From NCBI GenBank assembly GCA_965203325.1, contig OZ241875.1, positions 192,001-256,000 on the forward strand: a DNA stretch of 64,000 nucleotides, in the 5' to 3' direction. The notes below the pieces were generated by a model, which saw only the letters and a program-made list of their open reading frames with translations, was not told the DNA's origin and did no database searches. How positions within the stretch are numbered: position 1 is the stretch's first letter; each line of letters begins with the position of its first letter. The translations under genes and the position numbers were made by a program. The DNA comes from a bacterium. Lineage in GTDB: Bacteria; UBA8248. This document shows positions 28,844-38,421 of the stretch, one piece after another.

Positions 28844-29611
28844 CTAGAAGTGGGCCACCAGCGCGAACAGCGCGGCGAAGAAGGCCACCATCGAGAAAAC
28901 GGCGGAGCGCTTTCCCTTCCAGCTTCTGGTGAGCCGGCAGACGAGCAGGAGGCCGTACGCCCCCCAGATGAGTATGAGCGGCCAGGTGCGCACCGGGTCG
29001 AGGCTCCAGTAGGCCCCGTGGCGCGATTTCGCCCACATCGAGCCGAGCAGCAGGCTCGCCGTCAGAAACGCGAAGCCGAAATAGAGAATCTTGTGGTTCA
29101 AATCGTCCAGAATATCGAGCGAGGGCAGCCGGTGCAGCCAGGCGCTGGGGCGTCTTGATTTCAGTTGCTGGGACTGCACGAGATACATGAGCGCAGAGGC
29201 GAAGAGCAGAAAAAACGCGGCCCAGCTCAACAGCGCGAGCACGGCGTGGCCTTTCAAGAGATAGCCCTGCACGGCGACCGAGCCCGCGCCCCACACGCCC
29301 GGAAATGCGGCGGCGTAGCCCTCGAGAATGAAGGCCGCGGGCACGGCGAAACCGCCCAGGGCGATGTCGCGGTAGCGCGCGTAGACGACCAGGTACATCA
29401 GGATGATCACCCACGCCATGCCGCTCAGCCATGCCCCCCAGCCCTCCGGCGTGCCGGAGGCGAAGCTCACTCCCAGCATGAGGGTGTGAAGGGCGAACCC
29501 GATGAGCAGCGCACCGACCCCGTAAACCACGCCCGCGGACCTGCCCGTGAAGAGCAGGTACAGGTGCGTGAGCGCAGAGGCGAGATAGCAGACGATCAAT
29601 ATGGCGACCAA
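28844..29611 (-). CDS. ccsA: Cytochrome c biogenesis protein CcsA-like
   Basis: About 8 TM segments; conserved His residues; LPSLDILD; GSMWA...W..DP motif; typical position upstream of hemA. Confidence 0.8.
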   Translation of the reverse strand: MVAILIVCYLASALTHLYLLFTGRSAGVVYGVGALLIGFALHTLMLGVSFASGTPEGWGAWLSGMAWVIILMYLVVYARYRDIALGGFAVPAAFILEGYAAAFPGVWGAGSVAVQGYLLKGHAVLALLSWAAFFLLFASALMYLVQSQQLKSRRPSAWLHRLPSLDILDDLNHKILYFGFAFLTASLLLGSMWAKSRHGAYWSLDPVRTWPLILIWGAYGLLLVCRLTRSWKGKRSAVFSMVAFFAALFALVAHF

Positions 29612-29861
29612 GGGATTTTCCCTCTCAGCGCAAGAGAATACCTTGCGTTTGTGAGACAGCCTTTTCCCTTCTCATCTGCAGGAAAGGGCGAACAAGGTCA
29701 TTTAGACCACCATTTCGGGCATTTTGCAATAATCCGGTACGCCGCCCGGTCGTGCGATGCGGATTCTGCTCCTTTCATGTTGGCTTGAGGCGCCATTCCC
29801 ACTATACTCCACGCATCAAGCCCGTCCGCCCGCAATCTCATCCCGGGAGGGGCAGCAGACC

Positions 29862-30797
29862 GTGATACCGCTCCCCAGGATCGACCCGCCCCTGATTAAC
29901 GCCAGCGGCATCCTGAGCTACCCGGAAGTGTTCACCGCTTTCGAGAGCGCGGGCGCTTGCCTGGGCGGCTACGTCACGAAATCCGTCGGCCCCCGCGAGA
30001 AACCCGGCAACGACAATCCCGTGGTCGTATACCCTCCCGAGGGCGCGGTGCTCAACTCCCTCGCCCTGCCGACGCAAAGCGCCGAAGACTGGGAACGCGA
30101 CCTGGAGGAAATAAGGCTCAAAAACGCAAAGCTCATCGTCTCCGTCTACGGGGGAGACTCGCGGGAGTTCGCCGAGGTCACGGGCCGGATGTCGCGGTTC
30201 TCAGACGCCATCGAGGTGAACTTGGGCTGTCCCAACAAGGAGCCGGGCGAGCAGACCATCATGGAGAGCATCGGCCAGAACCCCGCCCTCTCCGCCGAGG
30301 TGATCGAGCGCGTGCGCGGTGAGACGGACAAGCCCGTCATCGCCAAGCTATCACCCAACAGCGACTACCTCGCCGTGGCGGATTCGTGCATGAACGCGGG
30401 CGCGGACGCTCTTGGATGCGGAAACACGCTGGGGCCTGGCTTGGCCGTGGACATCCAGAGCCGGGCGGCGATTCTCGCGGGCACGACGGGCGGCATCAGC
30501 GGCCCCGCGCTCAAGCCCGTCAACCTGCGTATGACGTATGAGGCATACGCGCGCTTTCGCTGCCCCATCGTCGCTTACGGGGGAATCGAGACCTGGGAGG
30601 ACGCCGTGGAATACATCCTCGCAGGGGCAAGCATCCTGGGAATCGGCACCGCCTTCATGCGAAAGAGCACGCAAGAGGCCGCAACGCTCACCCGGGACAT
30701 CTGGGAGGGGGTTCAGGAATATCTGGACGGCGAGCCCATGTCCGCGCTCATCGGCGCGGCGCATCGTACGGCGGAGGGAGGCAATTCCGGTGCGTAG
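29862..30797 (+). CDS. pyrD: Dihydroorotate dehydrogenase family 1, catalytic subunit
   Basis: INASG, VTKS, EVNLGCPN, AKLSPN, GGISGPALKP. GTG start inferred. Confidence 0.88.
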   Translation: MIPLPRIDPPLINASGILSYPEVFTAFESAGACLGGYVTKSVGPREKPGNDNPVVVYPPEGAVLNSLALPTQSAEDWERDLEEIRLKNAKLIVSVYGGDSREFAEVTGRMSRFSDAIEVNLGCPNKEPGEQTIMESIGQNPALSAEVIERVRGETDKPVIAKLSPNSDYLAVADSCMNAGADALGCGNTLGPGLAVDIQSRAAILAGTTGGISGPALKPVNLRMTYEAYARFRCPIVAYGGIETWEDAVEYILAGASILGIGTAFMRKSTQEAATLTRDIWEGVQEYLDGEPMSALIGAAHRTAEGGNSGA

Positions 30798-31515
30798 CGT
30801 TTACGCGGTCATTGAAAACCGCCAAGAAAGCGAGTGGACGCACACGATCTTCTTCGACGAGGAAATTGAATCACAGCCCGGACAGTTCATGATGGTCTGG
30901 CTGCCGCGCCTGGGAGAAAAGCCCTTCACCCTCTCCTACCCCAACGCCGTCACCGTGAAAAAAGCGGGCGCGTTTACCGAACAACTGGCCGAAGTAAAAC
31001 CTGGAGACGAAATCGGGCTTCGCGGCCCCCTGGGCCAGGGCTACCCTGCCCTAAAGAGACCCGCTCTCATCGGCGGCGGCGTGGGGATTGCGGAACTGAG
31101 GCTCCTGGCCCTCGCCTCAGAGGAGCCTTCCTTCGTCCTCGGCGGGCGCACGGCGGACGAGATTCTCTTCTATGAGGAATTCAGGGAACTCGGCCCCGTC
31201 CACGTCGCCACCGAAGACGGCGCCCTGGGACACAAGGGGCTGGTGACCGAACTTCTGCCCGTCGAGGCGGAGAGCTACGCCGTCTGCGGACCGGAGCGAA
31301 TGATGGCCGCGTGCCTGCCGAAACTGCCCGCCGAGCGGACGTATTTCGCGGTCGAAAGGTACATGAAATGCGCCGTCGGCCTTTGCGGCCAATGCACCTG
31401 TTCGGGCTGGCGCGTCTGCACGGACGGCCCCATATTCCCCGCTTCCACCGTTGCGCAAATGGATGATTTCGGAAAGCGCAGACGTTCCAAGAGCGGGAGG
31501 TGGGAATCAATTTAG
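30790..31515 (+). CDS. pyrK: Dihydroorotate dehydrogenase electron-transfer subunit
   Basis: PGQFMMVW, LRGPLG, GGGVGIA, CGPERMM, ERYMKCAVGLCGQC...VCTDGP. Confidence 0.88.
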   Translation: MRSVYAVIENRQESEWTHTIFFDEEIESQPGQFMMVWLPRLGEKPFTLSYPNAVTVKKAGAFTEQLAEVKPGDEIGLRGPLGQGYPALKRPALIGGGVGIAELRLLALASEEPSFVLGGRTADEILFYEEFRELGPVHVATEDGALGHKGLVTELLPVEAESYAVCGPERMMAACLPKLPAERTYFAVERYMKCAVGLCGQCTCSGWRVCTDGPIFPASTVAQMDDFGKRRRSKSGRWESI

Positions 31516-31612
31516 AAAAATAACATCTTCCCAAGACGATTCGCCTGTGCCTATAATCGGGCGGCGAGCAGGAGATTTTTACCTTCACGAGGTTCAGGGC
31601 GGAGGAGAGGCC

Positions 31613-32374
31613 ATCCAATTCCGTGTGCTGGGCTGCGCGGGCGGTAAAGCGCCCGGATGTCATCTGACGTCTTTCCTCATCAACGAAGAGTTGCTGCTGG
31701 AAGGCGGTTCGGCCGCCTCGGGCCTCACCATTGAGGAACAAGCCCGGCTCAGCGGCGTCGTGGTCTCCCACGCGCATCTGGACCACATCGCGGAACTGCC
31801 CTACCTCGCCGACAACATCTTCGGCCTGCGGGAGGATTCGCTCAAGGTCATCGGCGCGCGCGACGTTCTGGAGCAGATTCAAGAATCCATCTTCAACAAC
31901 GCCGTCTGGCCGAATTTTTGCGAGATATGCCACGAAGATACGCCGATACTCGATTTCTCCGCCATCGAGGAGATGGAAACCCGCTCCCTGGGCGGAATCC
32001 GTATCACGCCCTACGCGGTCGATCACAAGGGAACGACTTTCGGCTTCATCTTCGAGGACGCAGAATGCGCGCTGCTCTATACCAGCGACACGGGGCCGAC
32101 CGAGGCCATCTGGCGGGGCGCCGCCGAAGTGGACAATCTGCGCGCCGTCATCACCGAGGTGTCGTTTCCGAACAGGATGGAGGAGCTCGCGCGCATGACC
32201 AGGCACTTGACCCCCGCTATGCTTCATGCGGAGATGCGGAAAATGCCGCCCGATGTTCCCGTCTACATCTTTCACATCAAGGCCCAGTACGGCGATGAGA
32301 CGATGGCGGAAATCAATGCGCTGGGTGAACCGAGAATCGAAGTGCTCGAAGAGGGGAAGACGCATCACCTGTAG
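31613..32374 (+). CDS. Class II 3',5'-cyclic-nucleotide phosphodiesterase (MBL fold); probable ATC start
   Basis: FRVLGCAGG N-terminus, SHAHLDH, IFNNAVWP, SDTGPT, EVSFPN, HLTP, HIK; GGAGG before ATC 31613. Confidence 0.8.
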   Translation: MQFRVLGCAGGKAPGCHLTSFLINEELLLEGGSAASGLTIEEQARLSGVVVSHAHLDHIAELPYLADNIFGLREDSLKVIGARDVLEQIQESIFNNAVWPNFCEICHEDTPILDFSAIEEMETRSLGGIRITPYAVDHKGTTFGFIFEDAECALLYTSDTGPTEAIWRGAAEVDNLRAVITEVSFPNRMEELARMTRHLTPAMLHAEMRKMPPDVPVYIFHIKAQYGDETMAEINALGEPRIEVLEEGKTHHL

Positions 32375-32414
32375 GCTTTCATGACGCCTCGACTTCTGCT
32401 AATAGCAGGAGAGT

Positions 32415-32759
32415 ATGGAGAGACGCGGAAAAGCGGCGATTCGAGGGATGAGGAGAAGACATCCGGCGCATCGCTTCATTGGAAATCACCGAAATGGATG
32501 GGGAGACGCTTTCGTGGAAGACATCGAAGCGCAGAGAAAATACAGCCGCATCATGGCCGAGCGCATCAGCGGCATTCTGGCCGGAGAGATCGATGGCGTC
32601 GACGCGGATATCCGCTACAGCTACCAGGAGAAGAGTTTCAGGCTCTGGTGGGGAGAGCGCGGCGACCCGGACACCACGGCCCTCATCACCTTCGAGCAAA
32701 TCGCCACGCTGAACGACGAGGAGTTGCGCCAGATTATCCGCTCATCCGTCATCGGTTAG
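32415..32759 (+). CDS. Hypothetical protein
   Basis: AGGAG RBS and ATG, 114 aa, host-like codon usage in the 3' half; no motif recognised. Confidence 0.6.
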   Translation: MERRGKAAIRGMRRRHPAHRFIGNHRNGWGDAFVEDIEAQRKYSRIMAERISGILAGEIDGVDADIRYSYQEKSFRLWWGERGDPDTTALITFEQIATLNDEELRQIIRSSVIG

Positions 32760-32964
32760 GAAGCGTCAGTTGGCGAGGCGCAAGAACGCTTTCAATCTGA
32801 ATTGAAATACACTTATACTTCAATCAGTTGCGATGAATAATTAATGTAGAATATCGTTCTTTTTTGCCATCCGGCGCTCTTCTGAAATCACAGGCTCACG
32901 GCATGGACGGAGAGAAACCGGGCCATTCCCGCGAGTCCCGAAGGGCGTTTCCTGCCATTCCGTA

Positions 32965-33849
32965 TCAGGCGATGTTCGCCAACTCCTGGTAAATGCGGAA
33001 AATCGAACTGCCGTCCTCATGCTGCCTGCCCTTGCTGCGCTGGGCCATGAAGAAGTGCTCCAGCAACCCGCCGAGCGGCACGGGCACGTCGAGGTCCTTG
33101 GCGGAGTCGATGGCGCATTCGAGGTCCTTCAGCACGATCCATATCGGGCCGGATTCGGGGAAATTGCCGGCCAGCATGTCCTTGCCGCGAACGTCGAGCA
33201 CGTTCGAACCCGCGGCGCCCGAGCAAAGGGTCTCCAGCATGACGTCTTCGGGTATCCCCGCCTTGAGTCCCAGCGTGAGGCCCTCGCACGCACCCGCCAT
33301 GTTGATGAAGAGCACCAGATTCACCACCAGCTTGAGCTGGGCGGCGAGCCCGTTCTGCTCGCTCACGAAAACCGTCTTCTTGCCGATGGCGTCGAAGGCG
33401 GGCTTCGCCTTATCGAATGCGGCCCTGGGGCCGGCAGCCATCACCACCAGGTCCTTGACGGCGGCCTGCTTCCCCACGCCGCTCACGGGGCAATCGAGCC
33501 AGCTCACGCCTTGCTCAGCAGCTTTTTCCGCCATTTCCTTGGAAAATTTGGGCGGAACCGTGCTCATGTCGGCGATGATGCCGCCGGAGGAAATCCCCTC
33601 CAGAACGCCTCCCTCGCCCGTCACCGCCTCTCCGACGACCTGATAGTTCGGCAGCGACGTCATCACCAGGTCGGCGCCATCGGCGGCGTCCGCGGGCGAG
33701 GACGCCCGGCGCAGATTCTTGCCCTCGAATTTCTCGTACATCGCATCGAGCGGGTCGTAGCCCGCCACTTCCATGCCGGCGTCCAGCATGTGGCCCGAAA
33801 ACGCGCCGCCCATGACGCCCAAACCCACGACTCCCACTTTCATGCTCAC
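32965..33849 (-). CDS. Beta-hydroxyacid dehydrogenase (GarR/MmsB family)
   Basis: GVVGLGVMG, DMSTVPP, LDCPVSG, KLVVN. Confidence 0.88.
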   Translation of the reverse strand: MSMKVGVVGLGVMGGAFSGHMLDAGMEVAGYDPLDAMYEKFEGKNLRRASSPADAADGADLVMTSLPNYQVVGEAVTGEGGVLEGISSGGIIADMSTVPPKFSKEMAEKAAEQGVSWLDCPVSGVGKQAAVKDLVVMAAGPRAAFDKAKPAFDAIGKKTVFVSEQNGLAAQLKLVVNLVLFINMAGACEGLTLGLKAGIPEDVMLETLCSGAAGSNVLDVRGKDMLAGNFPESGPIWIVLKDLECAIDSAKDLDVPVPLGGLLEHFFMAQRSKGRQHEDGSSIFRIYQELANIA

Positions 33850-33936
33850 GGCTCAAGCTCCTTTTGAATGCGGCGTCTGGAGGATGACCCTCACCCGCCG
33901 ATATCGGATACGAAAAGTCCTTCAACACCTGCATCG

Positions 33937-34695
33937 TCAATGAATGATGTACCCGCCGTCCACCACGAGGTTGTGCCCGTGCACGAAGGAAGCGTCCTCT
34001 GACGCCAGGAACAGGACGGCGCTCGCTATCTCGGCAGGCTCGCCGAAGCGTCCCATGGGCACCGTTCCCAGGCGCTGGGCCCGCTCCTCAGGCGTCTTGT
34101 AGGCGTGTTTCTTCAAATACTCCGTCGCCGTGGGCCCCGGGCTGACGGCGTTCACCAGAATGTTCTCGCCGGCGAGTTCGAGCGCCATGGAGCGGGTGAG
34201 CTGTATGAGCGCCGCCTTGGTCGCGCTGTAGAGCGCGGTATTGCGCGCGGCCACGGAGCCCAGCTGGCTCGCGACGTGGATGATACGCCCGCCGCCCGCC
34301 TCTCGCATGAGCGGCAGCACCGCCTGGCTCGCGAAGAACGGAGCGCGCAGGTTCACGGCGACCACGCGGCCGAAATCCGCATACGAGAAAGTCCCGAACG
34401 GCCGGCTCGCGCGAATCCCGGCGTTGTTCACGAGTACATCCACGCCGCCCAGAGCGTCCGCGGCGGCTTCCACCATCCGCTCGGCGGCGCCCTCTTCACT
34501 CAAATCGAAGATGCCGAAAGAAGCCGAGCCTCCGGCGGCCTCGCACTTGCGCGCTACGTTTTCGAGCTCGGCCTGCGTTCCGTCTGCGGCCAGATACAGG
34601 TTCGCCCCCTCCGCCGCGAAGCGAAGCGCGGCGCATTCGCCGATTCCGCGCGACCCACCCGTCACGAGCGCCTTTTTACCGTCCAAACGACCCAA
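33937..34695 (-). CDS. SDR family oxidoreductase
   Basis: TGGSRGIG, NNAG, YSATK, NAVSPG. TTG start with AGGAG upstream. Confidence 0.9.
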   Translation of the reverse strand: MGRLDGKKALVTGGSRGIGECAALRFAAEGANLYLAADGTQAELENVARKCEAAGGSASFGIFDLSEEGAAERMVEAAADALGGVDVLVNNAGIRASRPFGTFSYADFGRVVAVNLRAPFFASQAVLPLMREAGGGRIIHVASQLGSVAARNTALYSATKAALIQLTRSMALELAGENILVNAVSPGPTATEYLKKHAYKTPEERAQRLGTVPMGRFGEPAEIASAVLFLASEDASFVHGHNLVVDGGYIIH

Positions 34696-34787
34696 GCTGC
34701 GTTTCTCCTGCGGAAAAGTTGCGCTACTATTGTTCCCGGCGCGACGCCGCGCGCCCCGGATGACCAAAGACCAAGGAGAAATGCGCG

Positions 34788-35390
34788 ATGCCCCGACCGG
34801 AAAACTCGTTCGTAGAACTCCAGCACGTCGCCGTCAAGGTGTCCGACATCGAGGAATCTTTGAAATTCTACACCGAGATTCTCGGCTTCACGCTCTCGGA
34901 GCGTCACGGTCCCGACGAACACCCGAGCCTCAACATGGGCCTTTGCTTCCTGCGCTGCGGCGCGTTTCATCACGATTTGAACCTAGTATACCACACCGGC
35001 GAGCAACCCGATCTCAAGGAAATGAGAACCGACGATCAGGGTCCCGTGAAGGACCTGGGGTTGCATCATTTCGCGTTTCGGGTAAAAGACCGCACGGAGT
35101 TCTTCGCCTGGCGGGACTGGCTCGAGGAATGCGGAATCAAGATTGTGCGCGGTCCCGTGGTGCACAGCCCCACCCACCCCGAGGGCGACGGCACGTGGGG
35201 GGAGAACAGGGCCATGTATTTTTGCGATCCGGACGGCCACCGGATTGAGATCTTCTGCGATCTGGCCCCGATGGACGAGGCCAACGGGGTCGAGAAGGAA
35301 TGGTATGACAATCGACTTCGCCGGGAGGGAATCGACCCCGCCCCGCATCCGCCCGTGGGGCCTCATCCGTCAGGGGCTCTCACACGCTGA
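34788..35390 (+). CDS. VOC/glyoxalase-family protein
   Basis: LQHVAVKV..IEESLKFY, HHDL, LHHFAF, YFCDPDGHRIE. Confidence 0.88.
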   Translation: MPRPENSFVELQHVAVKVSDIEESLKFYTEILGFTLSERHGPDEHPSLNMGLCFLRCGAFHHDLNLVYHTGEQPDLKEMRTDDQGPVKDLGLHHFAFRVKDRTEFFAWRDWLEECGIKIVRGPVVHSPTHPEGDGTWGENRAMYFCDPDGHRIEIFCDLAPMDEANGVEKEWYDNRLRREGIDPAPHPPVGPHPSGALTR

Positions 35391-35429
35391 ACCGCCGCCC
35401 CGGGAATGTTTCTCCATAGGTAAGACGTC

Positions 35430-37193
35430 TTGAGCTGGAAAAATTTTCGCATACGGCTTCTCGGCTGGCTGCTCCATTTCGATTTCTCGGACGACGGCAT
35501 CTTCTACTTCACGACCATCATCGTGGGGGCGTTGGCCGGCTTCGTCGCCGTCTGTTTTCACGTCGCGCTGGGCTGGGCGCACCTCGTTCTCTTCGGCTCC
35601 CATGACCTCTCCGAGATTCACCGGGCCTGGTACTGGGTGGCGCTTATCCCCGCGGGGGGCGCATTCATCTCCGCAGTCTTCCTCCAGTATTTCGCGCCCG
35701 AAGCCCGGGGCAGCGGCATCCCGCAGACGAAAATCGCGTACGTCGCCCACAACGGCCACATCGACAAGCGCGTGTGGATAAGCAAGTTCCTCATCGGGGT
35801 GCTCAACATCGGCTCCGGTTCGAGCCTGGGGCGCGAAGGCCCCACCGTGCAGATATGCTCGGGCGCGGCGAGCTGGATAGGCGAGACGTTCTCGCTGAAA
35901 AGACGCCGCGTGCAGGCGCTCGTCCCCGTGGGCTGCGCGGCCGCCCTGGCCGCCGCGTTCAACACGCCGATAGCGGCCGTCACCTTTACGCTGGAAGAAC
36001 TCGTGGGCGACCTGAACGCCCGCGTTCTCGGCTCCATCGTGTTCGCGGCGGTTTCCGCCTCGGTCGTCTCGCGCGCCATTCTCGGCAACGAACCCGTGTT
36101 CTCCGTGCCGGCCTATGCGCTGGACAGCTCTCTCGAACTGTTCCTCTACGCCTTCGTCGGCGTGGTATGCGCGCTCGTGGGCGTGGCGTTCATCAAGGGG
36201 CTGCTGTTCATCCGCTCGGGGTGGAAACGCCTGCGAGGGTTCCGCGGCGTCATCGCCACCGGTCTCGGCGGCCTGTTCGTGGGCGTGGTCGGGGTCTGGG
36301 TTCCCGAGGTGTTCGCGGTGGGATACCCCGCCGTGAGCAAGGCGCTCACGCACAGCTACACGCTGCCTTTTCTCTTGTCCCTGCTCGTCTTGAAGCTCAT
36401 CGCCACCGCGGTATCTTACGGGACCGGCTCTCTGGGCGGCATCTTCGCGCCGACGCTGTTCATGGGCGCGATGGCGGGCGGCACCGTGGCGTCTCTCGCC
36501 GAGTTCGCCTTCCCCGGCTTCGTGGCCCATCCGGGCGGATACGCGCTCGTGGGCATGGGCGCGGCCTTCGCGGCCATCATACGCGCGCCCATGACTTCCG
36601 TGCTCATCATCTTCGAACTCACGCAGGACTACAACATCATTCTCGCGCTCATGGTGGCCAACGCCATATCACTCGCCCTGGCGCGCTACTGGCACCCCGA
36701 GCCGATCTACAGCGCGCTCTCCTCGCAAGACGGGGTCGCCCTGCCCGATCACGAGACGGAGCACCTCCTGCACGAGATTCACGTATCGGACGCCATGATC
36801 AGCGACGTCATCACCCTGTCCGAGGACATCACGATACAAGAGGCGATAGAGAAAACCAGAGGGAACGCCATCACCGGGTATCCCGTTCTGAACCCAAGCG
36901 GGAAGCTCTCCGGCATGGCGAGCAACTACGATTTCAGTCAGGCGCAGGCCGCCGGCATTCTGCAAAGCCCCCTGAGAGAGATTGCGAAGAAGAAATACAT
37001 CATGCACGCGCACCCGGACCAGTCGCTCGATTCGGTGATGGCGAAACTCGGCGACAGGCGCATATCCCGCCTGCCCGTGGTGAGCCGCGAGGATCCGACC
37101 GAACTTCTGGGAATCATCACCGCCGAGGACGTGATCCACGCCTTCGGCAAAGTGTGGCACGAGCAGGAACACCACCAGCACGACACCGAGTAA
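35430..37193 (+). CDS. ClC chloride/proton antiporter with tandem CBS domains
   Basis: GSGIP, GREGP (gating Glu), FNTP..EEL, GGIFAP; C-terminal CBS pair. Confidence 0.92.
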   Translation: MSWKNFRIRLLGWLLHFDFSDDGIFYFTTIIVGALAGFVAVCFHVALGWAHLVLFGSHDLSEIHRAWYWVALIPAGGAFISAVFLQYFAPEARGSGIPQTKIAYVAHNGHIDKRVWISKFLIGVLNIGSGSSLGREGPTVQICSGAASWIGETFSLKRRRVQALVPVGCAAALAAAFNTPIAAVTFTLEELVGDLNARVLGSIVFAAVSASVVSRAILGNEPVFSVPAYALDSSLELFLYAFVGVVCALVGVAFIKGLLFIRSGWKRLRGFRGVIATGLGGLFVGVVGVWVPEVFAVGYPAVSKALTHSYTLPFLLSLLVLKLIATAVSYGTGSLGGIFAPTLFMGAMAGGTVASLAEFAFPGFVAHPGGYALVGMGAAFAAIIRAPMTSVLIIFELTQDYNIILALMVANAISLALARYWHPEPIYSALSSQDGVALPDHETEHLLHEIHVSDAMISDVITLSEDITIQEAIEKTRGNAITGYPVLNPSGKLSGMASNYDFSQAQAAGILQSPLREIAKKKYIMHAHPDQSLDSVMAKLGDRRISRLPVVSREDPTELLGIITAEDVIHAFGKVWHEQEHHQHDTE

Positions 37194-37330
37194 GCGCTGC
37201 TTTCCAAACGCTTTGCGGATGAAGCGAATATTTTAATATGATGAACCGGGAGAAACCCTTCGGTCCATAGCCGGGAGGAGCGCACTTCCGGCCAGGAGGA
37301 ACCCGGCACCGGAGTGCCGGAAACGACAAG

Positions 37331-38011
37331 ATGAACACGCAACATCTGACCATCCTGCCCTCAAGCGGTCAGCCGACCTGGCTGAAAAAGATTTTCCAGG
37401 CCGGCATCCGGTTCGCTTTCGGCGGCGTCGACGTCCAGGGCATGCGCAACGTGCCGCCCGGCGGCCCGCTGATCGTCGCCTCGAACCATCGCAGCTATCT
37501 CGACCCCGTGATCCTCGCCTCCTTCCTGCCGAGGCGGGTATACCACATGGCCAAGCGCGAGTTGTTCCGCAATCCACTGTTCGCGAGACTCATCACCTAC
37601 TTCGGGGCTTTCCCCGTCGACAGGGAGGGAGTCGCGCGCGCCAGCACCTTCCGGATGGCGCGCACGCTCCTGGGCCTGGGCGGAGCGGTGGTGATTTTCC
37701 CCGAGGGCGGCATCGTGAATTCGATCGCCGAGATGGGCGTGAAAGAAGGCGTCGCCACCCTCTCCGCCATCAGCCGCGCGCCCGTTCTCCCGGTCTATAT
37801 CGCGGGGTCGAATACGCTCATCAGCCCGCGCGGGATCCTGAATCCCTGGCTCGTCATTCGGGTGGGCGAACCCATCTCGCCGCTGCACGGGAAAAACGGC
37901 AGAGAGTACCGCCGGGAATTCGCCCAGAGCATCTTCGACGCGATCCTGAAACTCGAGGCGGATTTTCTGGCCTCGCGGCAGGGGAAGAAACAAGCGGGGC
38001 GAGGCGCTTAG
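37331..38011 (+). CDS. plsC: 1-acyl-sn-glycerol-3-phosphate acyltransferase
   Basis: NHRSYLD (HX4D), MAKRELF, FPVDR, FPEG. Confidence 0.85.
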   Translation: MNTQHLTILPSSGQPTWLKKIFQAGIRFAFGGVDVQGMRNVPPGGPLIVASNHRSYLDPVILASFLPRRVYHMAKRELFRNPLFARLITYFGAFPVDREGVARASTFRMARTLLGLGGAVVIFPEGGIVNSIAEMGVKEGVATLSAISRAPVLPVYIAGSNTLISPRGILNPWLVIRVGEPISPLHGKNGREYRREFAQSIFDAILKLEADFLASRQGKKQAGRGA

Positions 38012-38083
38012 CAGGCGATTGAAATTTCAGGCGCGAGGTCTTCCTTTCGTTGCAATCCCGCTGTCGGCGAATCCCGATCGGTA

Positions 38084-38343
38084 GGGGAGTGTTGAAAAAC
38101 CTGGTTTCGTGATTCGGCAAACAGAACCAACCGGTGAGAAGGGTCCGTAGGGACAGGTCGCGATCTGTCCCTACCCCTCCCTCGCCCTGAAAACCACCCC
38201 CCCCTACCCCCCCTTGACAGGGGGGTAAAAAAAGGCGACGCCCACCGCCGGTTGAGGAGCTTTTGTTTTTTCTTGCCCCCCTGTCAAGGGGGGGTAGGGG
38301 GGGTGCCTTTATCCCGTGAAAAGGGGCCTTTTCCAACAGCCTC
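38084..38343. mobile_element. Composite MITE-like element with nested palindromes
   Basis: Ends ggggagtgttgaaaaac / cttttccaacagcctc. Contains GTAGGGACAG..CTGTCCCTAC (38147-38174) and a CCCCCCTACCCCCCCTTG.CAGGGGGG inverted pair (38195-38305) homologous to 47769-47882 in opposite orientation. Confidence 0.65.
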
Positions 38344-38381
38344 GACAAGGCCGGTCGGCAAAAGACCCGAGCGGGGCGCCG

Positions 38382-38411
38382 CGGGGCCGTGGACTCACGC
38401 CCACGGCCCCG
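38382..38411 (-). terminator. GC-rich hairpin after the porin gene
   Basis: cggggccgtgg-N8-ccacggccccg, 10 nt past the stop; the U-tract is not immediately adjacent. Confidence 0.45.
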
Positions 38412-38421
38412 GAGGAGCATC

